64,000 bases of DNA from a virus (Duplodnaviria > Caudoviricetes), in the IMG/VR virus record IMGVR_UViG_2684623126_000004; one strand, written 5' to 3'. How positions within the stretch are numbered: position 1 is the stretch's first letter; each line of letters opens with the position of its first letter. Under the pieces are notes generated by a model. That model saw only the letters and a program-made list of their open reading frames with translations. It had not been told where the DNA came from and searched no databases. This document shows, one piece after another, positions 43,834-52,392 of the stretch. A program made the position numbers and the translations under genes.

Positions 43834-44652
43834 TCAGCGGGTGAACTTGCCGATGAGCCGGCCATACAGCGGGTCGGCGGGCGGCTCTTCCTGCTTCGGC
43901 TCCACGAAACGCGGCAGCGCGCCGGCGCTATGGAAGGCGGCCATGTCGCGCGCCATGCGCTCGCTCACGCCACCGGCCAGCACCAGCGGGGCAATCCCGG
44001 CGGCGTCCAGCGCCACACCCGCGTCGATGCCCTTGGCGGCCAGCATGGACAGAAGCTGCTCGTTCTCGGCGCTCAACCGCTCGATCACCTCGCAGGCCCG
44101 CTCGCGCTCGCTATTCGCGGCGTCCAGCAGATGGGCCATGCCGCGCAACTGCTCGTCGTAGATGGCGGCCTCGATGTCGTCCAGCGTCATGTCGCGCACG
44201 TCGTCCAAGGTGTAGCCCCGGTTCGTGCTGTAGTTCGGTTCCAGCACGTAGTCGAAGCCGAAGAACTCGGGCCGGGTCTGGTCGATGGCGGACGAAAAGC
44301 CGCCGGTGCGGCTGGCGTACAGCTTCGCGGCCACTTGGCCGGAATCGGTATCAAGGAACTCGGCCTGATGCTCGATGGTGCCGTCGTCGTGCGCGCGCAG
44401 TAGCGTGGTCACGAGGGCCGGTTCGACGATGGACGGCTTGCCGCCTTCCAGTCCGCCCTCGGCAGGGTTCAGGCCGAACTTGATGCGCGGCCAATGGCCG
44501 TAGTAGCCCTGCATGTCGCGGTTGCGCACGCGCTCTTGGCAGGCCGGGCCGTTGATGGCGGCGACGATGGCGCGGATGTTGAAATGCCGCTCCTTGCCGC
44601 GATACTGCCGGCCCCGCTCTTTCAGGTTGTAGGTGATGACGTTGGTTTGCAT
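43834..44652 (-). CDS. Prohead protease (P1 Pro-like)
   Basis: GYYGH (catalytic His), GGFSSA (Ser), FDYVLEPNY (Asp). Confidence 0.8.
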   Translation of the reverse strand: MQTNVITYNLKERGRQYRGKERHFNIRAIVAAINGPACQERVRNRDMQGYYGHWPRIKFGLNPAEGGLEGGKPSIVEPALVTTLLRAHDDGTIEHQAEFLDTDSGQVAAKLYASRTGGFSSAIDQTRPEFFGFDYVLEPNYSTNRGYTLDDVRDMTLDDIEAAIYDEQLRGMAHLLDAANSERERACEVIERLSAENEQLLSMLAAKGIDAGVALDAAGIAPLVLAGGVSERMARDMAAFHSAGALPRFVEPKQEEPPADPLYGRLIGKFTR

Positions 44653-44679
44653 GGGGAGCCCCCTTTCTTCACTCGCCTG

Positions 44680-44720
44680 ATGGTAGGTCGTGGGCGTCGC
44701 CGGGCAGGGTCGCTTTTTCC
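44680..44720 (-). promoter_or_regulatory. Candidate late promoter GGAAAA-N29-TACCAT
   Basis: Same motif and spacing upstream of protease gene. Confidence 0.7.
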
Positions 44721-44732
44721 CGTTCTTGCGGG

Positions 44733-45566
44733 CTACCTGGTCTTCATCCTCACCTCAAGGCCGCGCAGCAGGCGGTGGGCGGTATCGTGGTTGCAGCCGC
44801 CGATGAACTTGCAAACGTCCTCGGCGGTCGGGCTGATTTCGCTGTTTTCCAGCGCCGCGTAGAGCCGTTCCACCATGTCGGCGTCGTCCGGCTGGCCGTG
44901 CCGCGCGACGGTCTGCCCGGCCAGCGCCGCCACCCACAGCAGGGAGCCCAGCACCTCAAGCAGCATGGCGATCACCACACCAGACCACGTATTCAAAGCC
45001 TCGATGGGCAGGCCGGTCACGGCGGTCACGCGCGCCACCACGGGATCCACCTCGGCCCCGGCGGCTTCCTGGTCGGTCAGCGCGGTCAGCCGGGCGCGCA
45101 GGTCGTTCGCCCTCTTGCCCTGGGCCAGCTCGATTTCCAGCGCGACGCGGCGCTGGGGGTCTTTCGTGCCGGCGAGGATGCCCGCCACGGTCGCGGCGGA
45201 GCGGGCCTTGTTCTGGGAAAGCTCGGCCTCGATGGCGGCGCGCTGCTCCTGCATGGCGCTGGCCTTGGCGGATGACGCGGCCCGGCCCTCGGCGGCGCCG
45301 TGGCTGGCATTGGCGAAGAACCAGATATGCCCCCAGAGCGCGGCCAGGAAGCAAAGGCACCAGACCGGCCAGACCACCAGTCGGGAGAAGCGGCCTAGCA
45401 GCGCGGGAAGCAGATGCACGGCCAGCACGATCACGGACGACAGCCCGGCCAGCAGCCATCTATCCACCTCCGCGCCGGCGCGCTGCCATGCGCTCACGAC
45501 GGCCATAGACACGGCCAGGCCAGTGACGGCCACGGCAAAGATGCGGGTAATTGCGTCCTTCATCAT
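44733..45566 (-). CDS. Four-TM membrane protein with coiled coil and C-terminal HTH-like tail
   Basis: Three N-terminal TMs, coiled coil, fourth TM, PTAEDVCKFIGG helix-turn-helix. Confidence 0.75.
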   Translation of the reverse strand: MMKDAITRIFAVAVTGLAVSMAVVSAWQRAGAEVDRWLLAGLSSVIVLAVHLLPALLGRFSRLVVWPVWCLCFLAALWGHIWFFANASHGAAEGRAASSAKASAMQEQRAAIEAELSQNKARSAATVAGILAGTKDPQRRVALEIELAQGKRANDLRARLTALTDQEAAGAEVDPVVARVTAVTGLPIEALNTWSGVVIAMLLEVLGSLLWVAALAGQTVARHGQPDDADMVERLYAALENSEISPTAEDVCKFIGGCNHDTAHRLLRGLEVRMKTR

Positions 45567-45576
45567 CGGGTTTCTC

Positions 45577-47151
45577 CTACACGTCGGCGAACATTTCGGC
45601 GGCCTTCTTCGATACCTCGTCGGTCAGGCTGTTCGTCAATTCCCCGGCGCTGTCGCTCACCATGTAGGTAGCGCCTTCGAGGTATGCAAAGCTCATGGCG
45701 TCGATCAAGTCAGGGGACTTGATGCCCTCGCGCCGCATGTCCTCCTTGGACATCATCACGTAGCGCAGGCCGCCGGCCTCGCTGAAGTGGTACGGCAGCC
45801 GGGAGCCCTGGTCGATGATCTTCTCGCGCAGCTTCTTGGAAATGCCCTGCGGCAGCACCACGCGGCCCTGCCGGACGGCATCACGGAAGCGCACCATCGC
45901 GCACGCGCGCAGGTTGTAGAACCGGCTCTTGTATTCGTTCTTGAAGCAAGGGATGCCCCAATTCACCCGAACCACCGTGGCGCCGGAACGCTCGATCAGC
46001 TTGCACACGGTCGCGCCGACGCCGCCAGCATCCACGTACAGCGTGGCGTTGGACAGCTTGCCCACCAGATTCACCAGGTCGCCGGCCAGGTCGATTTCGT
46101 TCTTGTCGTTGGCCGCGATGGGGATTTCGATGTATTCCACGCGGCGCGCGTCCGGCCCGTGGTCGGTGTCGCCGATGATCTTGGCGACGATGGCAACCGA
46201 ATCGTCGCGGTACTCGCCCAAGGCCACGTCGGACAGCACCACCAGGCCGAAGGGTTCGTCGTCGGCGATCAGCTTGCGCGGCTCGAAGGCGGCCTCGATG
46301 TCGGCGCGGGTCAGAAGGACATTGCTGCTGCTTTGGGCGAACAGGCCCAGCACGCGGATCTGGTATTCGACGGAACTGCGCCCGCCGCTCTCGTTCGCCC
46401 GCTCGCGCAGCCATTGGGTCGTGACGAAGGGCGACAGCTCGGAATTGAAGCGCAGCGCGTGCCAGCTTCCCCCGTTCTCGCGCTTCAGCGTGTGGTGCGA
46501 ATCGTAGAAGCGCCCAGCGTTGCGCGCCCCCTGCGACGCCATGAGCGTGCGGTTCCCGCCCTGGGTCTGGGTGCCGTCGATCACGTCGAAGTGGTCGTCG
46601 GACACGCCGGCTGCTTCGTCGATGATGATGAGCTGCCAGTAGCGGTGCTTACCCGCTACCCCGATGGCCTCGCCCTTCTTCATTGCGATCTGGGTGATGA
46701 ACCACTGCTCGGCGAACCCATTCACATGCACGCGGGTCTTCGTGATGGTGAAAAAGTCGTTCAGCCAGGCGTGCGGCCCGTTGGCGATGGCGATGCGGGC
46801 ATCCTGCATTTCCTTCCAGATGCCGTCGGCAACCTGCTGGATGAACGGCGCGCCGATGTAGGTGTTGCTGCCCACCTCCACCTTGCCGTCATAGACCGCC
46901 ACAGGGAAGCAGAGCAAGTGCCAGAGCGCGATGCGCGCGAAGCTGGCCGTCTTGCCGGTGCCGGTGCCGGACACCACGGACACCTTGGCATTCTCCGGCG
47001 TGATGGCCTGGAACAAATCCATCTGGTCGGCGCTGGGCATGAAGCCCGTCACCTCCACGGCGAAGCGCAGCGGGTCGGCGTGATACCGCTCCACGAACTC
47101 CGCGTAGCGCGGGTCTTCCAGCAGGTTCCGGTTCCTCTTCTTGGCCGCCAT
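45577..47151 (-). CDS. terL: Terminase large subunit (PacB-like)
   Basis: Walker A SGTGTGKT, Walker B IIIDEA, nuclease SDVALG, VDAGGVG, SPDLIDA. Confidence 0.92.
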   Translation of the reverse strand: MAAKKRNRNLLEDPRYAEFVERYHADPLRFAVEVTGFMPSADQMDLFQAITPENAKVSVVSGTGTGKTASFARIALWHLLCFPVAVYDGKVEVGSNTYIGAPFIQQVADGIWKEMQDARIAIANGPHAWLNDFFTITKTRVHVNGFAEQWFITQIAMKKGEAIGVAGKHRYWQLIIIDEAAGVSDDHFDVIDGTQTQGGNRTLMASQGARNAGRFYDSHHTLKRENGGSWHALRFNSELSPFVTTQWLRERANESGGRSSVEYQIRVLGLFAQSSSNVLLTRADIEAAFEPRKLIADDEPFGLVVLSDVALGEYRDDSVAIVAKIIGDTDHGPDARRVEYIEIPIAANDKNEIDLAGDLVNLVGKLSNATLYVDAGGVGATVCKLIERSGATVVRVNWGIPCFKNEYKSRFYNLRACAMVRFRDAVRQGRVVLPQGISKKLREKIIDQGSRLPYHFSEAGGLRYVMMSKEDMRREGIKSPDLIDAMSFAYLEGATYMVSDSAGELTNSLTDEVSKKAAEMFADV

Positions 47152-47158
47152 GATGCGC

Positions 47159-48361
47159 CTAGCTGCCCGTGGATTCCGGCTCTTGCAGCGGCTGCCCGTC
47201 CTCACCGCCGCCCGCCGGCGTGGCATCCTCGATCAGGCCGCGCTCGGACAGCACCGCCGCCTGCCGCGTGCGCGCCTGGTGCATCTTGTCCTCGTAGATG
47301 CGGTAGAGGTCTTCGCCCGACACCATGTTGATATTGACCTCGACATCCTTCTCCTTGAACAGGCCCAGCGCGCGCGCCAGGTTGTCCATCGCCTTCTCTT
47401 TGGACAGCATCAATACCTCGATGCCCTCCTTGCCCACCTTGACGCCGCAATAGACGAGGCGCGCCGCCGGCGACAGGTTGCGGGTGTCGTTGAAGAACAC
47501 TTCCTCGATGCCGTGGCCGTGGCACTCCGGGCAGTCCTCGTGCGGGGCCTTGCGCTTGTCATACCAAGCGTCGGTGTAGTCAGGGAACTCGCCGATGTCG
47601 TCGGCACTGTCCGCCTTCTTCCGGCGGGCGCGCTCCCGGTCGTGCTTCTTCTTGGCCTCTTCCAGGCCGGACGGGGTGTATTGCCGGGCATGGCCCTCGC
47701 CCCAGCAGTACGGGCAACAGACCCGGCGAAGCTGGGAGATTTCGTTCGCGTCGAACGTGACGATGGCGGCCCACAGGCGCATGAGTTCGTCGCCGTCGAT
47801 TCCCAGCCGGCGGGCGCGGGCCGTGGCGAGGGTGACGATGGCCTGGCTCACCTTCGGATTTTGTAGAAGCTGCCAGCCCTGCGTCATCGCGCTCTTGGGG
47901 CTGTATCCGGCCCTGATTGCCGCTGCCGATGCGTTCCAATCCACAAGGTATTCGCGCACGAAGATTTCTTGCTGGTCGGTCAGGTCGGCGAACACTCCGA
48001 ACTCGTCCGGGTCGCGCTCCACGGCCTGCATGGTCGTAGCCGGCAAGGTTTCGATGGTTTCTCCGGCGATGGTTTCGCCCTTCTCGGAAACCATGCGGCC
48101 AGAAACCTTTGCCTTCGGCTTCCCGCTCTTGCCGGTCTTTGCTTTGGTTTCGATGGTTTCGGGCGTAGGTTTCTCGCCCGGCAGGTGCAGCGGGGACTTC
48201 TTCAGCCAGCCGTCGGCGGTCGCGCGCTTGCGCACGGCAGGCGCGGAGACGGGCAGTTCCATTTCGGCCACCAGCCAGGTGTAGCCGTCGCGGGGGTCGT
48301 TCTCCCACTTGGCGCGAACAGCAGTCCACTTCTGCGGGGAGAGCTTCGGGGGTGCAGCCAT
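47159..48361 (-). CDS. terS: Terminase small subunit with internal zinc finger
   Basis: FVREYLVDWNASAAAIRAGYS TerS motif; CCPYCWG...CPECHG; SKEKAMDNLAR. Confidence 0.88.
   Translation of the reverse strand: MAAPPKLSPQKWTAVRAKWENDPRDGYTWLVAEMELPVSAPAVRKRATADGWLKKSPLHLPGEKPTPETIETKAKTGKSGKPKAKVSGRMVSEKGETIAGETIETLPATTMQAVERDPDEFGVFADLTDQQEIFVREYLVDWNASAAAIRAGYSPKSAMTQGWQLLQNPKVSQAIVTLATARARRLGIDGDELMRLWAAIVTFDANEISQLRRVCCPYCWGEGHARQYTPSGLEEAKKKHDRERARRKKADSADDIGEFPDYTDAWYDKRKAPHEDCPECHGHGIEEVFFNDTRNLSPAARLVYCGVKVGKEGIEVLMLSKEKAMDNLARALGLFKEKDVEVNINMVSGEDLYRIYEDKMHQARTRQAAVLSERGLIEDATPAGGGEDGQPLQEPESTGS
48047..48173. repeat. Array of eight GGTTTC/GAAACC hexamers in terS; candidate pac site
   Basis: GGTTTC at 48047, 48056, 48071, 48146, 48155, 48168; inverted GAAACC at 48087, 48102. 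Confidence 0.65.
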
Positions 48362-48383
48362 ACGGATCTCGTCTTCTTCAAGG

Positions 48384-49010
48384 TCAGAGCGCCAGGCTCA
48401 ATTGATGGGTCTGCGGGGCGGCGACGGCACACTCCATGCGGAACCGCTCCATCTTGGTCTTCGCCGCCTTGGCGGAATCGCTGGCGCGCTCCACGGCGGA
48501 CACCAGCCGGGAGCCGGCGCGCATTTCCTCGAACGCGGGGTTGAGCTCGGCGAACCGGGCCAGGGCGACGCTGGCATCCTCGGACGCGGCCAGCATGACG
48601 GCCACGGCATCGGTCAGGGTCTGCACCCGGTCATGCAGACGCTTGAGGGTTTCCATGTCCCGCTGGCGCAGCTTGTCGAAGGTGTCGAACATCCAGGCGG
48701 ACACTTCCCGCTCTTGGGTCATCCGGGCGCCCACCTCCCAGTCATCGGTAGCACCGAACAGGAAGTCCACGGACACCTCATACACGCGCGCTGCGCGCAC
48801 GATGAGCCACAGTGGCACGGAGTTGGTATCCGTCGCCAGCTCCACCTTCGACAGCTTCGAGGGGTTCGCATACCCCAGACGACGCGCTGCCGCGCTCTGG
48901 GACAGGTTGCACAGTTCCCGCGCCGCGCGCATCCGGGCACCGATGGTCTTGACCGCCGCCGCCTGCTCTTGGCGCGTGGTCAGGGACATGGTTTTCTTCT
49001 CTGTTGCCAT
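48384..49010 (-). CDS. XRE-family HTH regulator; candidate late activator
   Basis: IGARMRAARELCNLSQSAAARRLG HTH; directly upstream of terS. Confidence 0.8.
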   Translation of the reverse strand: MATEKKTMSLTTRQEQAAAVKTIGARMRAARELCNLSQSAAARRLGYANPSKLSKVELATDTNSVPLWLIVRAARVYEVSVDFLFGATDDWEVGARMTQEREVSAWMFDTFDKLRQRDMETLKRLHDRVQTLTDAVAVMLAASEDASVALARFAELNPAFEEMRAGSRLVSAVERASDSAKAAKTKMERFRMECAVAAPQTHQLSLAL

Positions 49011-49012
49011 CG

Positions 49013-49459
49013 TTACACCCTCCTGATAGTCCAGCCGCCGCCCGCCTTCTTCGCCTGCTTTTGGCAGAGGAAGAACCGGAACGGGAACATGCCGGCGGCC
49101 ACCTTCAATTTCAGCCACCCGTCTTCGCGGATGAATCCGCCCTTCGTTTCATGCACCTCCAAGGCCCCGTCGGCCAGCATCACCAGGAAGTCCGGCGTGT
49201 AGCGCGTGTTGTCCGCCAGCTTCAGGGTCATGGCTTCGTAGGCCCACCACTGGATTTCCCCGCTCACGCGGCGGGCTTCCAGCATCTGGGCGTACTCGGC
49301 CTCGGTCTTGTTCATGTCGGGCTCGCGCACAGTGCCCGTGGCCACGGGGAGCGCGACGGCCTGTCCGCCTTCGGCCACACCGGCGCGGGCGGGCTCCGCC
49401 GCGCGCTTCTGGTGTGCGGCAAGCTGCTCTTCCGTCCAGCGCAAGGTATTCGCGGCCAT
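49013..49459 (-). CDS. PD-(D/E)XK nuclease (DUF1064-like)
   Basis: YTPDFLV...HETKG. Confidence 0.8.
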   Translation of the reverse strand: MAANTLRWTEEQLAAHQKRAAEPARAGVAEGGQAVALPVATGTVREPDMNKTEAEYAQMLEARRVSGEIQWWAYEAMTLKLADNTRYTPDFLVMLADGALEVHETKGGFIREDGWLKLKVAAGMFPFRFFLCQKQAKKAGGGWTIRRV

Positions 49460-49689
49460 CAGGCAGCCTCCCCGCGTTTTTCCAGCCACGCGCGGCGCGC
49501 GCCCAGGGTCTTCTCGTCGGCCAGGCGGAACTGCGCGCACTGGCGGGGATACACCGACGACGGGAAGGACGACGTGCTGGGGCTCATGGCGCAGAGGCCG
49601 AAACCCAGGCGGCCCATCTGCCCGGCATCCTTCATCCGGTAGTGGCCGCAGTCGATGCACTTCACGGTGTCGTCGGCATTTACCGGCAT
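49459..49689 (-). CDS. Small Cys-rich protein (CxxC...C...C)
   Basis: 76 aa; coupled to neighbours. Confidence 0.6.
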   Translation of the reverse strand: MPVNADDTVKCIDCGHYRMKDAGQMGRLGFGLCAMSPSTSSFPSSVYPRQCAQFRLADEKTLGARRAWLEKRGEAA

Positions 49690-49982
49690 CCGGCCCCCAG
49701 TCGTTCGATGGTCATGGCGAGCAAGTCCAGCTCGGACAGCCGGTAGGTGCGCTCGAAGGCGTTGGTGCCCAGCCCGTGCAGGCCGCTCTTGCCCTGGTGG
49801 TGCTCCGGGCACAAGGGCACGGTCAGGAAGTTGCTGGCGCGCTGGCTGGCCCCTTGCCCCTCGCGGATGTGATGCACCTGCGCCGGCGTGGCGCCAAGGC
49901 CAAGGTGATCGCAGAGGACGCAGCCCAGCGCGGCGACGCGGCCCATGTGGCGCTTCTCGGCGGCGGTCGGGGCGCGCTTCAT
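49680..49982 (-). CDS. Ref-like/DUF968-type zinc-binding HNH nuclease
   Basis: GCVLC...QVHH...VPLCPEHH...GLH. Confidence 0.75.
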   Translation of the reverse strand: MKRAPTAAEKRHMGRVAALGCVLCDHLGLGATPAQVHHIREGQGASQRASNFLTVPLCPEHHQGKSGLHGLGTNAFERTYRLSELDLLAMTIERLGAGCR

Positions 49983-50455
49983 TGGTCGAACCTCATCAGC
50001 TCATTGACGACGCGCTCCACCTCTTCCTCGCTGGCGTAGCCGGCGGCCTTCAGCACTCGATCCCAGACCACCGTGAGCACGGCGCGGAACACCTGCTCGA
50101 ACCGCTCATCGTCCATGCTGGAAAAGGACAGGCTTTCGGCTTCCAGCCGCAGCTCGCCGCGCACGTTGTAAACCGGCTTGTAGAACCCGGCCAGGATGGT
50201 CATGTCCTTGCGGAACCGCTCGAAGTCCTTGGCGACGGGCAGTCCCTTGTATTCCAGGGGCGTGACCGGCTCCCAGACCTCGAAGGCCAGCTTGAACAGG
50301 GCGAACGCCTTGCGGTGGAACTTGACGTTGCGCGCCTTGCGCACCGTTGCGCGCACGCCCTGGCCGGCCTTCAGCTTTTCGACGAAGGCGGCGGCCTCCG
50401 CGTCCGCCGGCGCCAGCGCGCCGTTGAGGGTCTTCACCAGAACCACGTCGCTCAT
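49979..50455 (-). CDS. DUF1367-family (nin-region) protein
   Basis: RNVKFHRKAFAL and AESLSFSSMD motifs. Confidence 0.8.
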   Translation of the reverse strand: MSDVVLVKTLNGALAPADAEAAAFVEKLKAGQGVRATVRKARNVKFHRKAFALFKLAFEVWEPVTPLEYKGLPVAKDFERFRKDMTILAGFYKPVYNVRGELRLEAESLSFSSMDDERFEQVFRAVLTVVWDRVLKAAGYASEEEVERVVNELMRFDQ

Positions 50456-50457
50456 GG

Positions 50458-50655
50458 TCAGGCTCCAATCCGCGTGCGGTAGGTCACGATGTCGCGCGCC
50501 GTCCAGGGGCTGCAACCGAACAGGCGGCCCAGAACGCCGTAGCCCTTGCGGTGCTCGCAGTTGCTGGCCTGCCAGCCGTGGTACACGGCGCGCATTTCGC
50601 GCACCTTGGCGTCGGACAGCCGGGCCTTGTGGTGCTTCTCGCCGGGCTTAGGCAT
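50458..50655 (-). CDS. Small HTH protein
   Basis: GEKHHKARLSDAKVREMR...LGRLFGCS. Confidence 0.65.
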   Translation of the reverse strand: MPKPGEKHHKARLSDAKVREMRAVYHGWQASNCEHRKGYGVLGRLFGCSPWTARDIVTYRTRIGA

Positions 50656-51475
50656 GGTCGCCCCCTTTCCGATGGCTGGGCCAGTCAAAGACGACGGACT
50701 GGCCGCCGTCCTCGCGCAGACGGTCGAACACCCGCTCGCCCAGGTAGGACTTGATGCCCGGCACCACGCGCCCACCCTCTTCGGCGTCGTCCAGGGCCAG
50801 GTTCGACATGAGGATGGTCGGGCGCCGGCGCTCGTACCGCTCGTTCAGGATGTCGAACAGCAGCAGTTTTTCGGTGTCAGAGCCGAACTGCACGCCCACC
50901 TCATCGAGGATCAGCAGGTCGGGGAACACCAGCGCGGCGATGGCCTCGCTCTCGCTCTCCCGGCTGTCGCGCCCCCAGGTGTCCTTGACGCGGCGCACCG
51001 CGCGCATGACCGTGGTGAAGAGCACGGCGGCGCCGTGGTGCTCCATGACTTCCAGGCCGATGCCGACGGCCAGGTGCGTCTTGCCGGTTCCGGGCAGGCC
51101 GATGAACAGCGCGGAGCGGCCCGTCTTGCGGATCTCGCCGAACTGGGCGGCGTAGGCGATGGCGAAGTCCAGCGCGCGCTTCTGTCCGGGCAGTTTCGCC
51201 GCGTAGGTGGCAAGGCGGCGTTCGCGGAACCGCTCGGGGATGCCGGCCTCGCCGATCTTGCGCTGCCAGCGGGCCACCGCATCGGCGCGCACCTTGGCGT
51301 CAGCCTCGGCCTGCTCGCGGGCCTTCTCTTCGGCGGCGCAGGTCGGGCAGGCCGTCCAGGCGTTGCCCAGGAAGCAGCGCGCCTCGAACGGGCCGTGCGT
51401 CGCGCAGGTGTCCTCGCGGGTCAGCGGCGGAGTGTGGAAGCCGGAATGGATGGGTTTCGCGGTCGTGGCGGTCAC
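50648..51475 (-). CDS. DnaC/IstB-like helicase loader ATPase
   Basis: N-terminal Zn motif (CATHG...CPTC), GLPGTGKT, LLILDEVG, RYERRRPTILMSN. Confidence 0.9.
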   Translation of the reverse strand: MTATTAKPIHSGFHTPPLTREDTCATHGPFEARCFLGNAWTACPTCAAEEKAREQAEADAKVRADAVARWQRKIGEAGIPERFRERRLATYAAKLPGQKRALDFAIAYAAQFGEIRKTGRSALFIGLPGTGKTHLAVGIGLEVMEHHGAAVLFTTVMRAVRRVKDTWGRDSRESESEAIAALVFPDLLILDEVGVQFGSDTEKLLLFDILNERYERRRPTILMSNLALDDAEEGGRVVPGIKSYLGERVFDRLREDGGQSVVFDWPSHRKGGDHA

Positions 51476-52392
51476 AGTGCGCCTCCTTGGCCGTAGTTGC
51501 GGTTCTCGTAGCCGCCGTGGGTGCCGGTCGCCGCCGGGCCGCGCGCGGCACTACCCTCTTGGCCCTGCTTGGCGTACCAGGTCGCCCGGAAGCCCTGCCA
51601 CGAGTTCGTCGCGGACACGCGCACGGCATCGGCGGGGGTGATGCCGGCCTTGGCGGCCTCGGCCTTCACGTCATCCCAAGCGGTTTGCGTCAGAGGGGCG
51701 CGCTTCGCGGAACGCACCTTCAGCCAGTCCTCGGCATGCTTGCGCTCCACGCCCTCGGCAACCAGCTCGCGCACGCCCAGCGCACGCGGCAGACGGTCGG
51801 CACCCTTGCCGCCTTCGGCAGCAGGCGCAGCAGCACCGCCAGGCTGTCCGGGTTCAGCAGGCAAGCCTTCGCCGTCAGGCCCAGGGGCCGAAGGTGCAGG
51901 CGCGCAAGCGCCCCCTGTATTCCCGTCAGGGAATACAGAAGAATCTTTATCTGTATCTTTATCTAGCGTGACATCGCGTGACGCGACGTGACCACTGCCA
52001 TTCCCAGCAGCTTCGCGGGCCTGCTTTTCGCGCTCGCGCTGGGCCTGCTTCCTCTCGGCAGCGGACTTTGCGCCGGTTTCCGGGTTGCCCGCATCCTCGC
52101 GTTTCGGCTGGCGCTTTTCCCAGCCGGACAGGCGATCACCGTCCAGCACGCGGCCCTGCATGGCCTTGAAAATCGCCTCGATGGCCTCGTCCGTCACGTC
52201 GAGCGCGCTTGCCACATCTTCCGCCGTGACAGTGACGTGACCGCGCGTGACATTTCGTGACGCATCCACCATCAGATGCAGGGCAACCGACAGAACAAGG
52301 GAAATAGGCTGGCCGGAAGTGCGCGCGACGGTACGCCACTTCGGGTCATTGGGCATGTCATGCCACAGCCTGAACCACTCAATAGCCGCCAT
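51472..52392 (-). CDS. Phage replication initiator
   Basis: WFRLWHDMPNDPKW N-terminus, WEKRQPKRED, low-complexity linker, C-terminal helical domain; upstream of loader. Confidence 0.85.
   Translation of the reverse strand: MAAIEWFRLWHDMPNDPKWRTVARTSGQPISLVLSVALHLMVDASRNVTRGHVTVTAEDVASALDVTDEAIEAIFKAMQGRVLDGDRLSGWEKRQPKREDAGNPETGAKSAAERKQAQREREKQAREAAGNGSGHVASRDVTLDKDTDKDSSVFPDGNTGGACAPAPSAPGPDGEGLPAEPGQPGGAAAPAAEGGKGADRLPRALGVRELVAEGVERKHAEDWLKVRSAKRAPLTQTAWDDVKAEAAKAGITPADAVRVSATNSWQGFRATWYAKQGQEGSAARGPAATGTHGGYENRNYGQGGAL
51915..51992. promoter_or_regulatory. Probable replication origin: 10-bp inverted repeat, AT-rich tract, three CGTGAC iterons at 10-bp spacing
   Basis: CTGTATTCCC-GTCA-GGGAATACAG; TCTTTATCTGTATCTTTATCT; CGTGAC at 51967, 51977, 51987. 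Confidence 0.7.
52225..52261. repeat. Second CGTGAC iteron cluster
   Basis: CGTGAC at 52225, 52236, 52246, 52256 and AGTGAC at 52231. Confidence 0.65.
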
